Assembly: GCA_030141605.1 (NCBI GenBank)
Contig: JAQGDQ010000244.1
Span: 1-64,000, forward strand
From: Tubiluchus corallicola
Lineage: Eukaryota; Animalia; Priapulida
Reading direction: 5' to 3'
DNA length: 64,000 nt
The position numbers and the translations under genes are program-made. Shown piece after piece: positions 52,301 to 63,337 of the stretch (positions are counted from its first letter, which is position 1; each line of letters begins with the position of its first letter). A model generated the notes under the pieces. It had not been told where the DNA came from. It made no database searches and saw only the letters and a program-made list of their open reading frames with translations.

Positions 52301-55300
52301 ATGATAACAGCTTGGACAGTTTGTATGCACTTTAACCAAGTAACCACTTGGTTACTTCCCGTACCTATGATGCTGTGATGTATTTTTTTTCTGCACATGC
52401 TTAAATAAGATACTTTTGTGTGACCATTGAGCTTTTACTATTTTTACGTCCTCTTACTTTGCTTTTGTGCATTATAATATGCGTAGAAGTACAGTGTCAT
52501 TACACGCTGCTTGATTACACTGATGTAAATAGTTGTGATGTACACTCATTTATCGGTTTGCCGGATGAAAAAAGGGGAGACGTCGGTCTGAATTTGCCGA
52601 TTGTCCATATTTACCAATACTAAGTTAATACAGCAGGCGCCGGGTATTAGATTCACGGTAATGTTGAATCAATTGCCTAATTGTGTCAAAAATGGCTCCT
52701 ATGCAAAGTATGTAAAAACTGTCGCCAAATAACTCTAACATTCGAGCATAATTGACTATATTTTTTCTGTATAGAGATATACACGTGATTACACTGAGGT
52801 AATGATGTAAGCAAACTGGCGGCCCGCAAATTAACGGTCAGCTCGTGATACAACGAGCTGACCGTGTCCATAGTATACAGGTTTTTTAACTGTCCACATT
52901 TTGTCCGAGCTTTCCGATATCCGTAAAAGCGAGCTCAAGCAAACCGAGATATGATTCTAACGTCGATGATTATGATGTCAATGCTGATGATGATAGCGTT
53001 TGTTCATTTATTACATTTAAGACTTACTGCACAAATTTTCTTCCTTTTGTTTTTTGTTGTTGTGCATTCATTTTTTAACTACATTTTCGTTCATTTGCTG
53101 CATTTTAGTTCCCTCGCTGCATTTATGATTTAACCAGATTGCTGGCTTTTTTGTTGTTGCATTCGTGACTTGTTCAGTTGTTGTTTTAATATTTAACTGT
53201 ATTATTTGCTTGCTTTTTTTCATTGGTATAATTATAATATAACTGCTTTGCATCTTGTTTATTTGCTACACTTAAGACCTAACCACGTATTTATTAACTT
53301 AACCATGTAGTCTGCCGTGCTTTATAATATTTCTAAGGTATATAGGGGTGGCTGACTCGATGACCTTCTGATCTTTTGCCACCCCATCTCTACATACTTT
53401 ACATAATTTGTTGTATTTGGTTTATAAATATTATATTAGAGATAAATAAACCTTTGAATTGAATTGATGACAATGAAATATGACACCTTTAGTATTTAAC
53501 ACCCATTCATTCACCTTTCACTGCTTAGTAATTGTTAGCACTTTAATTTTTGTCTAGCATACCGATAGTTGCCGCTACTGGGAAACTAGATAAAAGTCAA
53601 CTTCCAGCCGTTGAAAATATGACGAGTGAGCTTGATGCGGATAGCCGGCCTTCAACTTCAACTGAAATACGACTGGCTGCTATATGGGCAGAGGTTTTAT
53701 CACTACGATCTGTGGATATTCATGAAAGCTTCTTTGACATGGGAGGGTATGTTTATAATAATATTGTTATTCGTCATATTTGTGTGCTTGCATAGCAAAA
53801 TCAGCTGCTCTTAAGTTATCTTTGGATAATTTAGCTTACACTGTTTACTCTTCTGGAACCACCGGCAAGCCAAAAGGTTTGTGCTCGTTTGTTTTATTAA
53901 CTGTTTGTCATTAATTACATAAAGCGTGAAGCTTCAAAACAAAGAAATAAGAACATTTAAAAAATAAAGCAACAACAGAAGGAAAAACAAATGTGTGTGT
54001 TTGCATAACAAAATCATCCGTAAGTCGTCAATTAAGCTTTTTTCTGATATCCCGAATCTCCATTTCACAAGAATCATTTTGATACCAAGTTCATCGCTCT
54101 ATGTTATTTCTAAGCTGAGATAATCCACGTTGAAATCGAGGTGCAGGCTACACACTGAAAAACATAATCTTGAGAAAATCACTGTTAAAGTCAGCCATTG
54201 TTTTTTGTCACATCTCTACAAAACACTTAGCAACCGTACGAAAGTGTGTTTGCTATGGATTGTACAACAGCAAATTGAAGTTACATTTAAACCCAGTAGA
54301 TGGCTGTTCCTGACGAAGACTTGGTCTTGTCAACAGAAAAAACACGAAGCAAAATGGCTACAATTGGAGTTAGAAAATACAAGTTTTTTTACAGATGCTG
54401 CACTAGTTTCTAGACAGAAATGTGGGTAAGGAGTTATAAAATTAGATTAGTATTTTTTAGACATTTTCCTGATAATTTGATGTTAGAATATAAAAGTCCC
54501 GTACATTTAGCATTTGTTTTCTTAAAAAATGAAAAATCTACGTTTGACCAAATTTTTGATGCTTTCTACTTTGAAGCATCATAACGTACTTTTAACTATG
54601 CCGACTTATGGACGGGTTTGGTTTGCAAGCACACATTTAGTTGAAAATATGTTGTTATTTCTTTAAAATGACTTTATAAAATGTTTTTAGCAGTGAATAG
54701 AGATTGATTTTTAAATTTCCAAATATTTTTTATAAATAGGGTAGAGTGTGCAGTTCCTACTATTATAAGATTTCCTTTTTGTTAAACAAACCAGCTAGAC
54801 AATGAGAAGTTTTTATATGAACAAGCATTTGTGCACTGATGCACTCAGTAGAAGGCCAATTTATAACTGCTTGCATTTCAGAATTATTCCTCTTTTTGAT
54901 GCATTTTGTTAGCATGTAATTGTTACAGTGCATTACAGTGTTTGCAGGCTGTATATTTAAATCCTTTTGATATTTGCAGCCACGTACAGTCAACCTCGGG
55001 TATAAGGTACTCGCTTATAAGGGACCACCAACACCGGTCCCGATTTTTCGTAACGTTTTTCCTTAAAAGAATCTTTGTATATAAGGTACTCAGATATAAG
55101 GGACTTTTGGTTATAAGGGACTATATCTTCAGGTCCCGCGTAATAGAAACCCAGGTAAATTACCTCGCATATAAGGCACCCGATGATCAAAATAAATTTA
55201 TCAATTTTTGACCTCAATTTTTCACAAACTTCGAACAGCTCGGTTTCCGGGGTCACATACATCTCACATCACTGAAGGAGCTTCCTACATACCGTTTGCA

Positions 55301-58300
55301 CTGAATGTGTGGCAATAATCCATAAAAATTTGGGTAAAAGTACAGAAAAGTACAGGTATACACCCTCGGTCTGACTTAACTTCGGCTGTACGGAACATCG
55401 GATGTAAGGGACAATTTTTTCCGGTCCGGAGGCGCCCCTTATATCCGAGGTTGAATGTATACACATATTTTTAAATCCCGTGGAATGATTGTTAGTATCA
55501 CAAGATTAAATAAAGGAAATTATTTATTTATTTCATTATGTAGGATGAAATTTATCATCGACATGTTATATCTCAGTCTCAGCTAACCATTCTGCTGGTT
55601 GCTCAACAGACCACTGTGACTGATGTAGCATGGATGTGATGTTGCCAAGGTCTGATGCTTTTAGCTTATGTTTTTTATGTAAAGTTGTCAGTTTCAGTTC
55701 ATAAGCTATCGACGTGTAGCATGGATCCGACGTTGCCAAGGTGCAAATGTAATTACGTTTTTTTTTATTTGAAGTTGTCACTTTCAGTTCATACACCATC
55801 AACAAGTTTAATCCTTTCCGAAGAGGCAGGTGACACAGTCTTCTTGTTTCATTCAGCAATGCTACATGACACGTTGGTGGATTTTTACGAAGGATTCTCT
55901 TGCTGCTACTTTTGCTCAATGTTCTAGTCAATCACTACTGTGGTTTTGTTTGTATATGCCTGATTTGTGGACTTACGGCGGAACGGACCTTACTCAGTGT
56001 AAATAATCTAAATTATCTGTTCCTCAGGCCATTCACTAAAGTTTTGACAGCGGCTAGTACACTTTATATCACGAAGGGCAACATGTGAATTATATTAGTG
56101 GTGGCGTACTGCCAATTTGACCTCTAATCAGTGACATCACACTCTAGATGAGTCAACAAGCTTTTTCACAGTTCCAGAGATTGATGATGATTGTGAAAAG
56201 GTCAAAGGTCAGGTGTGCTAGACAATGCACTTGTGTACACTTGACAACGCCTCGCAGCCCAAGCTGTTGTAATAGTAACAGTTTTAACAGCTACATAGAA
56301 CCTTAGCTAGTTCATTTTTTCTTGTTTCCAAGCAAGATCCTGCTAGTAAATCATTCTATGCACAGACTAATGCATAACTAAGTAAAATCCAAGTAACACA
56401 ATTGAAGTTAATAAACTCATGCCGCAGATGGCTTTGCTTTACCCACATGTCACGTGATGGTTGTAGTTAAGACGCGTTGCTGTGGTACACTTAACCTTTG
56501 AACTACAGCAACTGCATACAACAAAACTGTGAAAGCAACTCACGTAACAGACCTGACCTATAATCTGTAAGTTGTGGGCTTGTAATTTTACATTGATGAA
56601 AGAACACAAGTAAATAGAAAAAGCAGCATGAAAAAATGCAAAGCGGAAATCTTTAGCTTATTTTTTGTAATAATTTTGAGAATTTTGTAAAAAGTCTGCT
56701 TTTATGACTCCATAAGTACTGCTGTAATGAGCAATTTCATTGTGCGCACTCACAGTTGCTGTAGATCAAAGGTTAAGTGTAGCACAGCAACGCGTCTTAT
56801 CTACAACTGTTACATAACATGTGTAAAGTAAAGCTGTCAGCTGCACCAGCTCGGTAACTTCAGTTGTTTTACGTGGGTTTTACTTAATTATGCATTAGTC
56901 TGTGCGTAGAGTGATTTACTAGCAGGATCTTGTTTGGGAACGAGAGAAAATGAACTAGGTAAGGTTCTAGCTAGCTTCTAAAACTGTTACTATTACAACA
57001 GCATGGGCTGCGAGGCGTTGTCAAGTGTACACAAATGCGTTGCCTGGGGTACACTTAACCTTTGACCTTTTCAGGATAATCATCAATCGCTGGAACTGTG
57101 AAAAGGCTTATTTAAATCTTAAAAATCTTATGTTAGTAGATGGAAGTGAAACGACAAATACCAAAGGATGAAATCGCTATGGTGTACTTGGCTAGCTTTA
57201 TTTTCACTGACTGCATAACAAAGCATTTTTGCTAGGTTTACTAACACAATGCTTCATGTTTTTAGTTGGTAGTCTTTTGTTTGTTTTGTAAACTTGTAGT
57301 AACTTGTTGTTAGTATATTAACTTTCGCTGGCAAAACTTATACCTCTTATTTCTAGAGAACGGGAATGAGCCGGGGGCGGTGCTGGCTATGAATAGATAA
57401 CACGTTCAGCGGTGGGTGTCATAGGCGTGTTTAGAATTCGCGACAGGGCTACGGCATCCCGTAACAGGTGTTTTCCCCGGGCCAACTCGCGATTTTTTCG
57501 AAATTTTGACCAAACAGCATGCGGAAAAAATGTTCTAGCGGCGCCTGGTGGGACTCTCGGAAGGAGATATATAGCTCTTTAGAAAGAGCAAGAACAGGGC
57601 TACACGATGATGTGGGCTGCATTTTAGGACACGTCCACCAAGAGGAGTAGCGAGGAGTTAATTAGGTGTTCCATTTTTGGCAATTTTCGCTTAGAAAACT
57701 GCTGACAGAAAGCCATTGTTGTGACGTCATCCATACTCTGTCTATAACCTTATAGCTTTAATTCAGTAAAAGCTGCTGGCTTTGCGTTAGATAAACAGAC
57801 AAACAATAGGTAGCTTTTTTGATTATAAGTGTATTTCTAAGCAAATTTTTTTGCGGGGCTTTTGCTAGCGAAATAAGTCGTGTCACGACATGAGTACCAA
57901 AATCATGTGACAATGCACTCTAATGCGACCAAAGCTATTTCTTGTAATTTCATTACGCTGAAAACTTGCATGATAATTAAACTATAACTAATGTCATATA
58001 AAATATTTTCAAATCAGATATGCCAAATCAGACTTGCAAGGTAGACAACATTCAAAAACTTTACCAACTAAGATTAATTATGAGAAAAAGCAGTTCAGTG
58101 ATGCAAATGGATGACAAATTAAAACTAGCGAAAGATTAATATATTTGTATTAATTAAAGCTTTGAAGCTTAATATTACTTTTCATCATTAGCATGTACAG
58201 TTTTTTGTGTAGATGCGTGCAGGCTCTTCTTGCTTTTCATTGTTTCTATTTTGGTAACTTCTAATAATTATTCTCTGCTTTTGTTTAGTTAAGGACTGAC

Positions 58301-61300
58301 AACAGACATCGTTTTGTTTTTCCAAATGCTTCTTTAACTCCTTCAGGACCATAAGCATTTGCTCAATTTGCATGGTTTCATGAAAAACTGCTCTCACTGA
58401 GCAGAGATTACATTGTATTCGATAATTTTTGTAGGTTTCTACTCCTCACACAATGGATTTTTGTGCAAAATTATATATGAAATGCATTTGCTCACCTTAG
58501 ACAAATTAAAAATCCAGTTTTTGACGAGAAAATTGGAAAAAGCCTTCAGCAACTGCAGTGTTTGCACTGTAACAATGTACAGTATCACTTGTGTGAAATT
58601 GGTTAATGCAGAAAATTACATCCACACACAACATTCTGATGCACTTTGGCCTCAAGTCTACTCTATTTCTAAGATAAAATTCCTGTTGAAAGAGTAAAAG
58701 TGAGTGTTGGCTGATCGGTTGGTTTTTCCTGGAATAGCAGCTGAACACTGCCCAGCTTCTGCTAGTGCAGATCAATAAATTAGTGTGTACAATCACGCAA
58801 GTGTACACCAGACTAAGCTACTCAATACGCACAGTTGGACTAACCTGAAAAGGGCATGAGTTTTCATAGCTTTATCCATTTAAATCACTTATAAATACTT
58901 AAACAAATAGCACGATTAGGTAGCTCATATTCTCCTGATTAGAACAGCACCTAATCTATAATCACTTAGTTACATCTGTGCTCACACAGTAGCAGGATGG
59001 TCATAGGTTTTATAAGACCAATTTTGAACAGTGTGGTCCTGAAGGAGTTAATTCTTTTTAATTACTCAAAATAAACATTCAGTTTCAGGCAGAAAAGGTT
59101 CAAAAGATTAGATTCAAGTGCGACATAAAAGGTTCTTAAGGTGCATTTTCCTCTTTTTCTTTTCAGCCATTCTCTTTTGGCTGCTAAGTTTCTGGATGCT
59201 GTGCATGAAGAGTTTGGTGTGCAAGTTTCTGTCCAAGACTTGTTTAGTTACTCGACAGTAGCATCGTTTGCGCAGTTCTTAGATGACAATCATAATGGGA
59301 AAGCCACTGTTAAGCTACTTAAACTTGACTTGTTGGCTGAAGTAAAGCGGCATGATCAAGCTTTTATTAGGTATGTGTACTGTCTTACAAACACTTGCTA
59401 TGTCTGCTTATGTTTAAAACTATCGTAGTTCTAATATACTGGGTGTCTAAAAGTTCTTTTAAATTTTAATCACATTAGAAGCTGAAGCTGGGTCATTAGC
59501 TAGTACATCAGCTGACTCACACAGTAAATCAGCTAGCTCGGCTGAAGCTGAATCAGTTGGTACTATATATATATATATATATATAGTTTATTGACTGATT
59601 AAAAGATAGTCGAACATTAAATTTTTTCAGTCCATAGTTCACTACAAAAAAGGACTTTAGATCATGTAACATGATCATTACTGTCAAAAAATAGCCGAAG
59701 AATTATTTACAAATTCTCACTACACACTTACTATCACATAACATGATCATTACTGTCCAACAACAGCTAAAGTGTTATTTACAAATTCACAATATGACAT
59801 TGGGTTTCCATTGAAAAATTCATACAGTTCGTTGAAGTTCAGTTCAGTGTTATCTTCACGAAGGTGATTCGTAAGTGGACAAAAACAGATAACATGCTCT
59901 TCTGTTTGAATGTTTGTATGCCCAGGACAGGAGCATAGCCTGTCTTCTCATTTGATCCTTGCCCATCTTCCAGTCTCAATATGTGAGGAGAGGCATTATA
60001 TATAAATTATATATATAATTTAAATCCAACTCTTGCTAAGATTTGTCTTGATTGCCGATGAATCACCAAAACACCAAAATAATTCCATACATGTGACTTA
60101 CATTGCCTATTTGTGTATTTAATTTTGAATTGACCAGCTTTCTCGTTCAAAAACCAGCACACGCACAATTTTACCTTGAATCCGCAATCCGTTACCCACA
60201 TTTCAACCAGTGATTTCATCATCAACATAAGCCTGTTACGTCAATTGTGGACATTGGGCAGGCAGAATTCTAAAATAAAAAAATCTGCTCTCAAGAAAGG
60301 TAGCAATCCAGCAAAAAACTAGACGCTCCTATGCTAGTGTCTTGTTCGCAAGAGCGAAAATCTTCGCAGCCGGCAACTGAATCCGGTCACTGACTGGCTG
60401 GCGAGCCAAAAGCTGGTTTTCTTATCTGCTAAGTCGGATGTAGAAATAAACCGGCTGGAGCTCAGCTGAAATGGCGCAGCTCTGGCCTCTAATCATAATT
60501 TTAATTAAAATCATTTGCTTTAACAGTAGTAAATAGTAAAATTTGCGGTATTTCAGATTTTCCAAGTAAAAGTAAAGAAATCTGTACTATTGTATGTCGA
60601 TTGTTGCCGCACAAGAAATGAGCTTTGTTATGTGAACATATTAGCTTCTTTTAGTTTTCACTGCCAATTCACAAAGTAAGCTAATTTTCTAGCATTTAGG
60701 AAATTATTTTGATCAGTTTTAGTTAAACGATGTTTTATTTGACAAGAAACATGACAATCATAGGTACATTTATAATAAAAAACAATGTTTTATTTTACAA
60801 GAAACATGGCAATCATAAGTACATTTATAATAAAAAAACAATGTTTTTATTTGACAAGAAACATGACAATCATAAGTACATTTATAATAAAAAAACAATG
60901 TTTTTATTTGACAAGAAACATGACAATCATAAGTACATTTATAATAAAAAAAAAACAATGTTTTTGTTTGACAAGAAACATGCCAATCATAAGTACATTT
61001 ATAATAAAAAAACAATGTTTTTATTTGACAAGAAATATGACAATCATAAGTACATTTATAATAAAAAACAATGTTTTTATTTGACAAGAAACATGACAAT
61101 CATAAGTACATTTATAATAAAAAAACAATGTTTTTATTTGACAAGAAACATGACAATCTTAAGTACATTTATAATAAAAAACAATGTTTTTATTTGACAA
61201 GAAACATGACAATCATAAGTACATTTATAATAAAAAAACAATGTTTTTATTTGACAAGAAACATGACAATCATAAGTACATTTATAATAAAAAAACAATG

Positions 61301-63207
61301 TTTTTATTTGACAAGAAACATGACAATCTTAAGTACATTTATAATAAAAAACAATGTTTTTATTTGACAAGAAACATGACAATCATAAGTACATTTATAA
61401 TAAAAAACAATGTTTTTATTTGATAAGAAACATGACAATCTTAAGTACATTTATAATAAAAAACAATGTTTTTATTTGACAAGAAACATGACAATCATAA
61501 GTACATTTATAATAAAAAAACAATGTTTTTATTTGACAAGAAACATGACAATCATAAGTACATTTATAATAAAAAAACAATGTTTTTATTTGACAAGAAA
61601 CATGACAATCTTAAGTACATTTATAATAAAAAAACAATGGACAATTAATCAAATGTTGATTGGCTAACAGGCATAACCTATATAAAAGCCTTTCAGTGAC
61701 TAGATACGTCTTTATAAGTTTAATAGACGCACGATTACAAGAATTGTTAGTTACGAATTAAGTAAGAGCGAAATTGGGAGGGTCTGTAACTTGTTTTTCA
61801 AATAGCTGGTGTGCGAAAGGGTGGGACAAGTTGATTATGATGTGTTTGATGTTGATGTTGATGTTGAGCTACAAAAATAGAATGAGTGATAAAGAAGCTA
61901 ATGAAAGAAAGAGGAAAGTGTTGGAGTTCACTGGAATGCAAGAGTATAAATAATTTGCTCTGTAAGGTAGAATTCAGGGATTATTAATGTACTATAGATT
62001 TCATTGTAATTATATGCTAATTTATGTTACTATTAGAATAAACGTTACTATATAAGAGTATAAATAATTTGCTCTGTAAGGTAGAATTCAGGGATTATTA
62101 ATGTACTATAGATTTCACTGTAATTATATGCTAATTTATGTTACTATTAGAATAAACGTTACTATATAAGAGCGTAAATAATTTGCTCTGTAAGGTAGAA
62201 TTCAGGGATTATTAATGTACTATAGATTTCATTGTAATTATATGCTAATTTATGTTACTATTAGAATAAGCGTTACTATATAAGAGCATAAATACTTTGC
62301 TCTGTAAGGTAGAATTCAGGGATTATTAATATGCTATAGATTTCACTGTAATTATATGCTAATTTATGTTACTATTCGAATAAACGTTACTATTTAAGAG
62401 CATAAATAATTTGTTCTGTAAGGTTGAATTCAGGGATTATTAATGTACTATAGATTTCATTGTAATTATATGCTAATTTATGTTACTATTAGAATAAACT
62501 TTACTATATAAGAGCATAAATAATTTGCTCTGTAAGGTAGAATTCAGGGATTATTAATATGCTATAGATTTCACTGTAATTATATGCTAATTTATGTTAC
62601 TATTAGAATAAGCGTTACTATATAAGAGCATAAATAATTTGCTCTGTAAGGTAGAATTCAGGGATTATTAATATGCTATAGATTTCACTGTAATTATATG
62701 CTAATTTATGTTACTATTAGAATAAACTTTACTATATAAGAGCATAAATAATTTGCTCTGTAAGGTAGAATGCAGGGATTATTAATATGCTATAGATTTT
62801 ACTGTAATTATATGCTAATTTATGTTACTATTAGAATAAACTTTACTATATAAGAGCATAAATAATTTGCTCTGTAAGGTAGTATTCAGGGATTATTAAT
62901 GTGCTATAGATTTCACTGTAATTATATGCTAATTTATGTTACTATTAGAATAAGCGTTACTACATAAGAGCATAAATAATTTGCTGTGTAAGGTAGAATT
63001 CAAGGATTATTAATGTACGATAGATTTCACTGAATAAATGTCACTACTGATTCTTACTTTTTATAAACCAGCAATGACATGCAATTGAGAGCCTTCTGGA
63101 GAGCAGTAAGCATTGAAAGACCCTGGAACAGAGGTGAAGTACTACTCACAGGTGCAACGGGCTTTCTTGGAGCGTTTCTGTTACGCGACTTATTGAAACA
63201 CACAAAG
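40120..63207 (+). CDS. ATRR: NRPS-like adenylation-thiolation-thioester reductase (A-T-R[-R?]), ATRR/glycine-betaine-reductase-like; 12 exons, 3' end beyond the window
   Basis: Exons 40120-40384, 41476-41592, 44374-44526, 47236-47367, 48937-49102, 49548-49701, 50118-50225, 50317-50535, 51407-51603, 53558-53746, 59167-59370, 63072-63207 have GT-AG borders and consistent phases (2040 nt, 680 aa, no stops). Motifs: LKAGGAYMPID, YSSGTTGKPKG, NLYSTSE, GEILIGGPTLARGYLN, LYRTGD, GRCDSMVKIRGYSIE, LPFYMIP, TGKLDK, SFFDMGGHSLL, VLLTGATGFLG. The A-T-R architecture is secure; the ATRR orthology rests on recalled motifs. Confidence 0.88.
40680..41078. mobile_element. hAT-type MITE with internal 15-bp tandem repeat
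   Basis: Termini cagcggcggat / atccgctacag; perfect TSD ggaaagcc; gggccc subterminal motifs. Confidence 0.8.
41476..41592 (+). CDS. NRPS-like exon 2 (GGAYMPIDISYP..., A2 motif)
   Basis: actAG/GTacgg, phase 1/1. Confidence 0.9.
41676..43640. mobile_element. Non-autonomous hAT-like element carrying an expanded 60-bp minisatellite (about 41680-43250)
   Basis: Termini tagaggctgaagctg / ggctctgggctcta shared with 59476-60490; about 26 units of gctgaagctgagtcagttgctactacatcagctgactcacacagtaaatcagctagctcg. Confidence 0.75.
44374..44526 (+). CDS. NRPS-like exon 3 (LDNLAYTVYSSGTTGKPK, A3 P-loop)
   Basis: ttttgcAG/GTttgt, phase 1/1. Confidence 0.92.
45524..46174. mobile_element. MITE with ggtgagcatt / aatgctcacccta termini and ttcgaa-rich interior; inverted relative at about 30692-30989
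   Basis: Terminal inverted repeats and shared internal sequence. Confidence 0.65.
46612..47118. repeat. AT-rich compound minisatellite (attgtaatag / attgcaatacaaagt units)
   Basis: Direct reading. Confidence 0.9.
47236..47367 (+). CDS. NRPS-like exon 4 (GIQCPHRGAVFSY...SNIFFVWEMLRPLLK, A4 region)
   Basis: aatAG/GTatca, phase 1/1. Confidence 0.92.
47570..48168. mobile_element. Second copy of the TTAA-flanked element
   Basis: Colinear similarity with 33105-33717. Confidence 0.65.
48937..49102 (+). CDS. NRPS-like exon 5 (GIPMYIIPDTIIYDP...ILLTPSL)
   Basis: ctttAG/GTaaga; ORF 48912..49106. Confidence 0.92.
49200..49485. repeat. (AATAG)n pentanucleotide microsatellite
   Basis: Direct reading. 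Confidence 0.97.
49548..49701 (+). CDS. NRPS-like exon 6 (QVWFNGEVVTT...FINLYSTSESHD, A5)
   Basis: gttcAG/GTacaa; ORF 49510..49713. Confidence 0.92.
50118..50225 (+). CDS. NRPS-like exon 7 (FCPVGRPLQGVHILVLDEDNRAASVGVAGE)
   Basis: tttctAG/GTaagt, phase 0/0. Confidence 0.92.
50317..50535 (+). CDS. NRPS-like exon 8 (A6-A8: GPTLARGYLN, LYRTGD, GRCDSMVKIRGYSIE)
   Basis: ttccAG/GTagac. Confidence 0.94.
51407..51603 (+). CDS. NRPS-like exon 9 (FLVAYIVP...RLPFYMIPSYFV, A9)
   Basis: tcacAG/GTaatg. Confidence 0.93.
51632..52284. mobile_element. Tigger/pogo-like MITE family A (longer copy, opposite orientation)
   Basis: cagtgttctctc...gagggaacactg, TA TSD. Confidence 0.85.
53558..53746 (+). CDS. 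NRPS-like exon 10 (A10 TGKLDK; thiolation domain start to SFFDMG)
   Basis: tgtctAG/GTatgt, phase 2/2. Confidence 0.93.
53803..54640 (+). pseudogene. Intragenic duplicate of the 3' half of NRPS-like exon 3 plus downstream intron and MITE (source about 44453-45310)
   Basis: ttatctttggataatttagcttacactgtttactcttctggaaccaccgg.aagccaaaaggtttgtgctcgtttg occurs at both loci; colinear similarity continues for about 800 bp. Confidence 0.9.
54987..55457. mobile_element. Tigger/pogo-like MITE family C
   Basis: TIR cagtcaacctcgg.tataagg, TA TSD, internal tataaggga repeats. Confidence 0.8.
56158..57109. mobile_element. Two family-E MITE copies in inverted orientation
   Basis: 56158-56535 and 56745-57109 are diverged reverse complements. 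Confidence 0.75.
58338..59047. mobile_element. piggyBac-like MITE
   Basis: TIR ctccttcaggacca, TTAA TSD; related partial copy at about 49805-50005. Confidence 0.75.
59167..59370 (+). CDS. NRPS-like exon 11 (GHSLLAAK; phosphopantetheine Ser, rest of T domain and linker)
   Basis: ctttttcttttcAG/GTatgt; joins to give GGHSLL. Confidence 0.92.
59476..60490. mobile_element. Same hAT-like family with only about 1.5 copies of the 60-bp unit
   Basis: Shared 3' end ccggctggagctcagctgaaatggc...ctcta; imperfect 8-bp TSD aatcacat/aatcataa. Confidence 0.7.
60725..61639. repeat. 56-57-bp minisatellite, about 16 copies
   Basis: Unit aatgtttttatttgacaagaaacatgacaatcataagtacatttataataaaaaaac. Confidence 0.96.
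61940..63032. repeat. 114-bp tandem satellite, about 9.6 copies
   Basis: agag.ataaataatttgctctgtaaggtagaattcaggg at 61941, 62055, 62169, 62283 and onward. Confidence 0.96.
63072..63207 (+). CDS. NRPS-like exon 12 (start of reductase Rossmann fold VLLTGATGFLGAFLLRDLL)
   Basis: aaccAG/GTattg; ORF 63079..63303. Confidence 0.9.
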
Positions 63208-63337
63208 GTATTGCTACATCAGCGAAATGTTGTGTATGTGTATACAGACGTTTGTATGAAAAATTTGTTTAAAAAATTTATTCTTCAAAGTAATTTCAAA
63301 TAAAATCTGACTTTAAAGAAAAACTATTATCAACACA

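Noticed and set aside
60007-60228. KSHVWNYFG as the start of a BED zinc finger of a hAT transposase
   Set aside because: The following CxxC and HL..H residues could not be traced; too short to call.
60725-63032. Regular arrays as possible CRISPR loci
   Set aside because: Head-to-tail units with no unique spacers, no cas genes, eukaryotic intron context; the same applies to the other arrays.
40120-63207. Bacterial contamination or recent horizontal transfer of an NRPS; also Ebony or Lys2 identity
   Set aside because: Eleven spliceosomal introns filled with host repeats; the C-terminal Rossmann reductase is not Ebony-like, and FFVWE differs from the Lys2 pocket as I recall it (phylogeny still needed).
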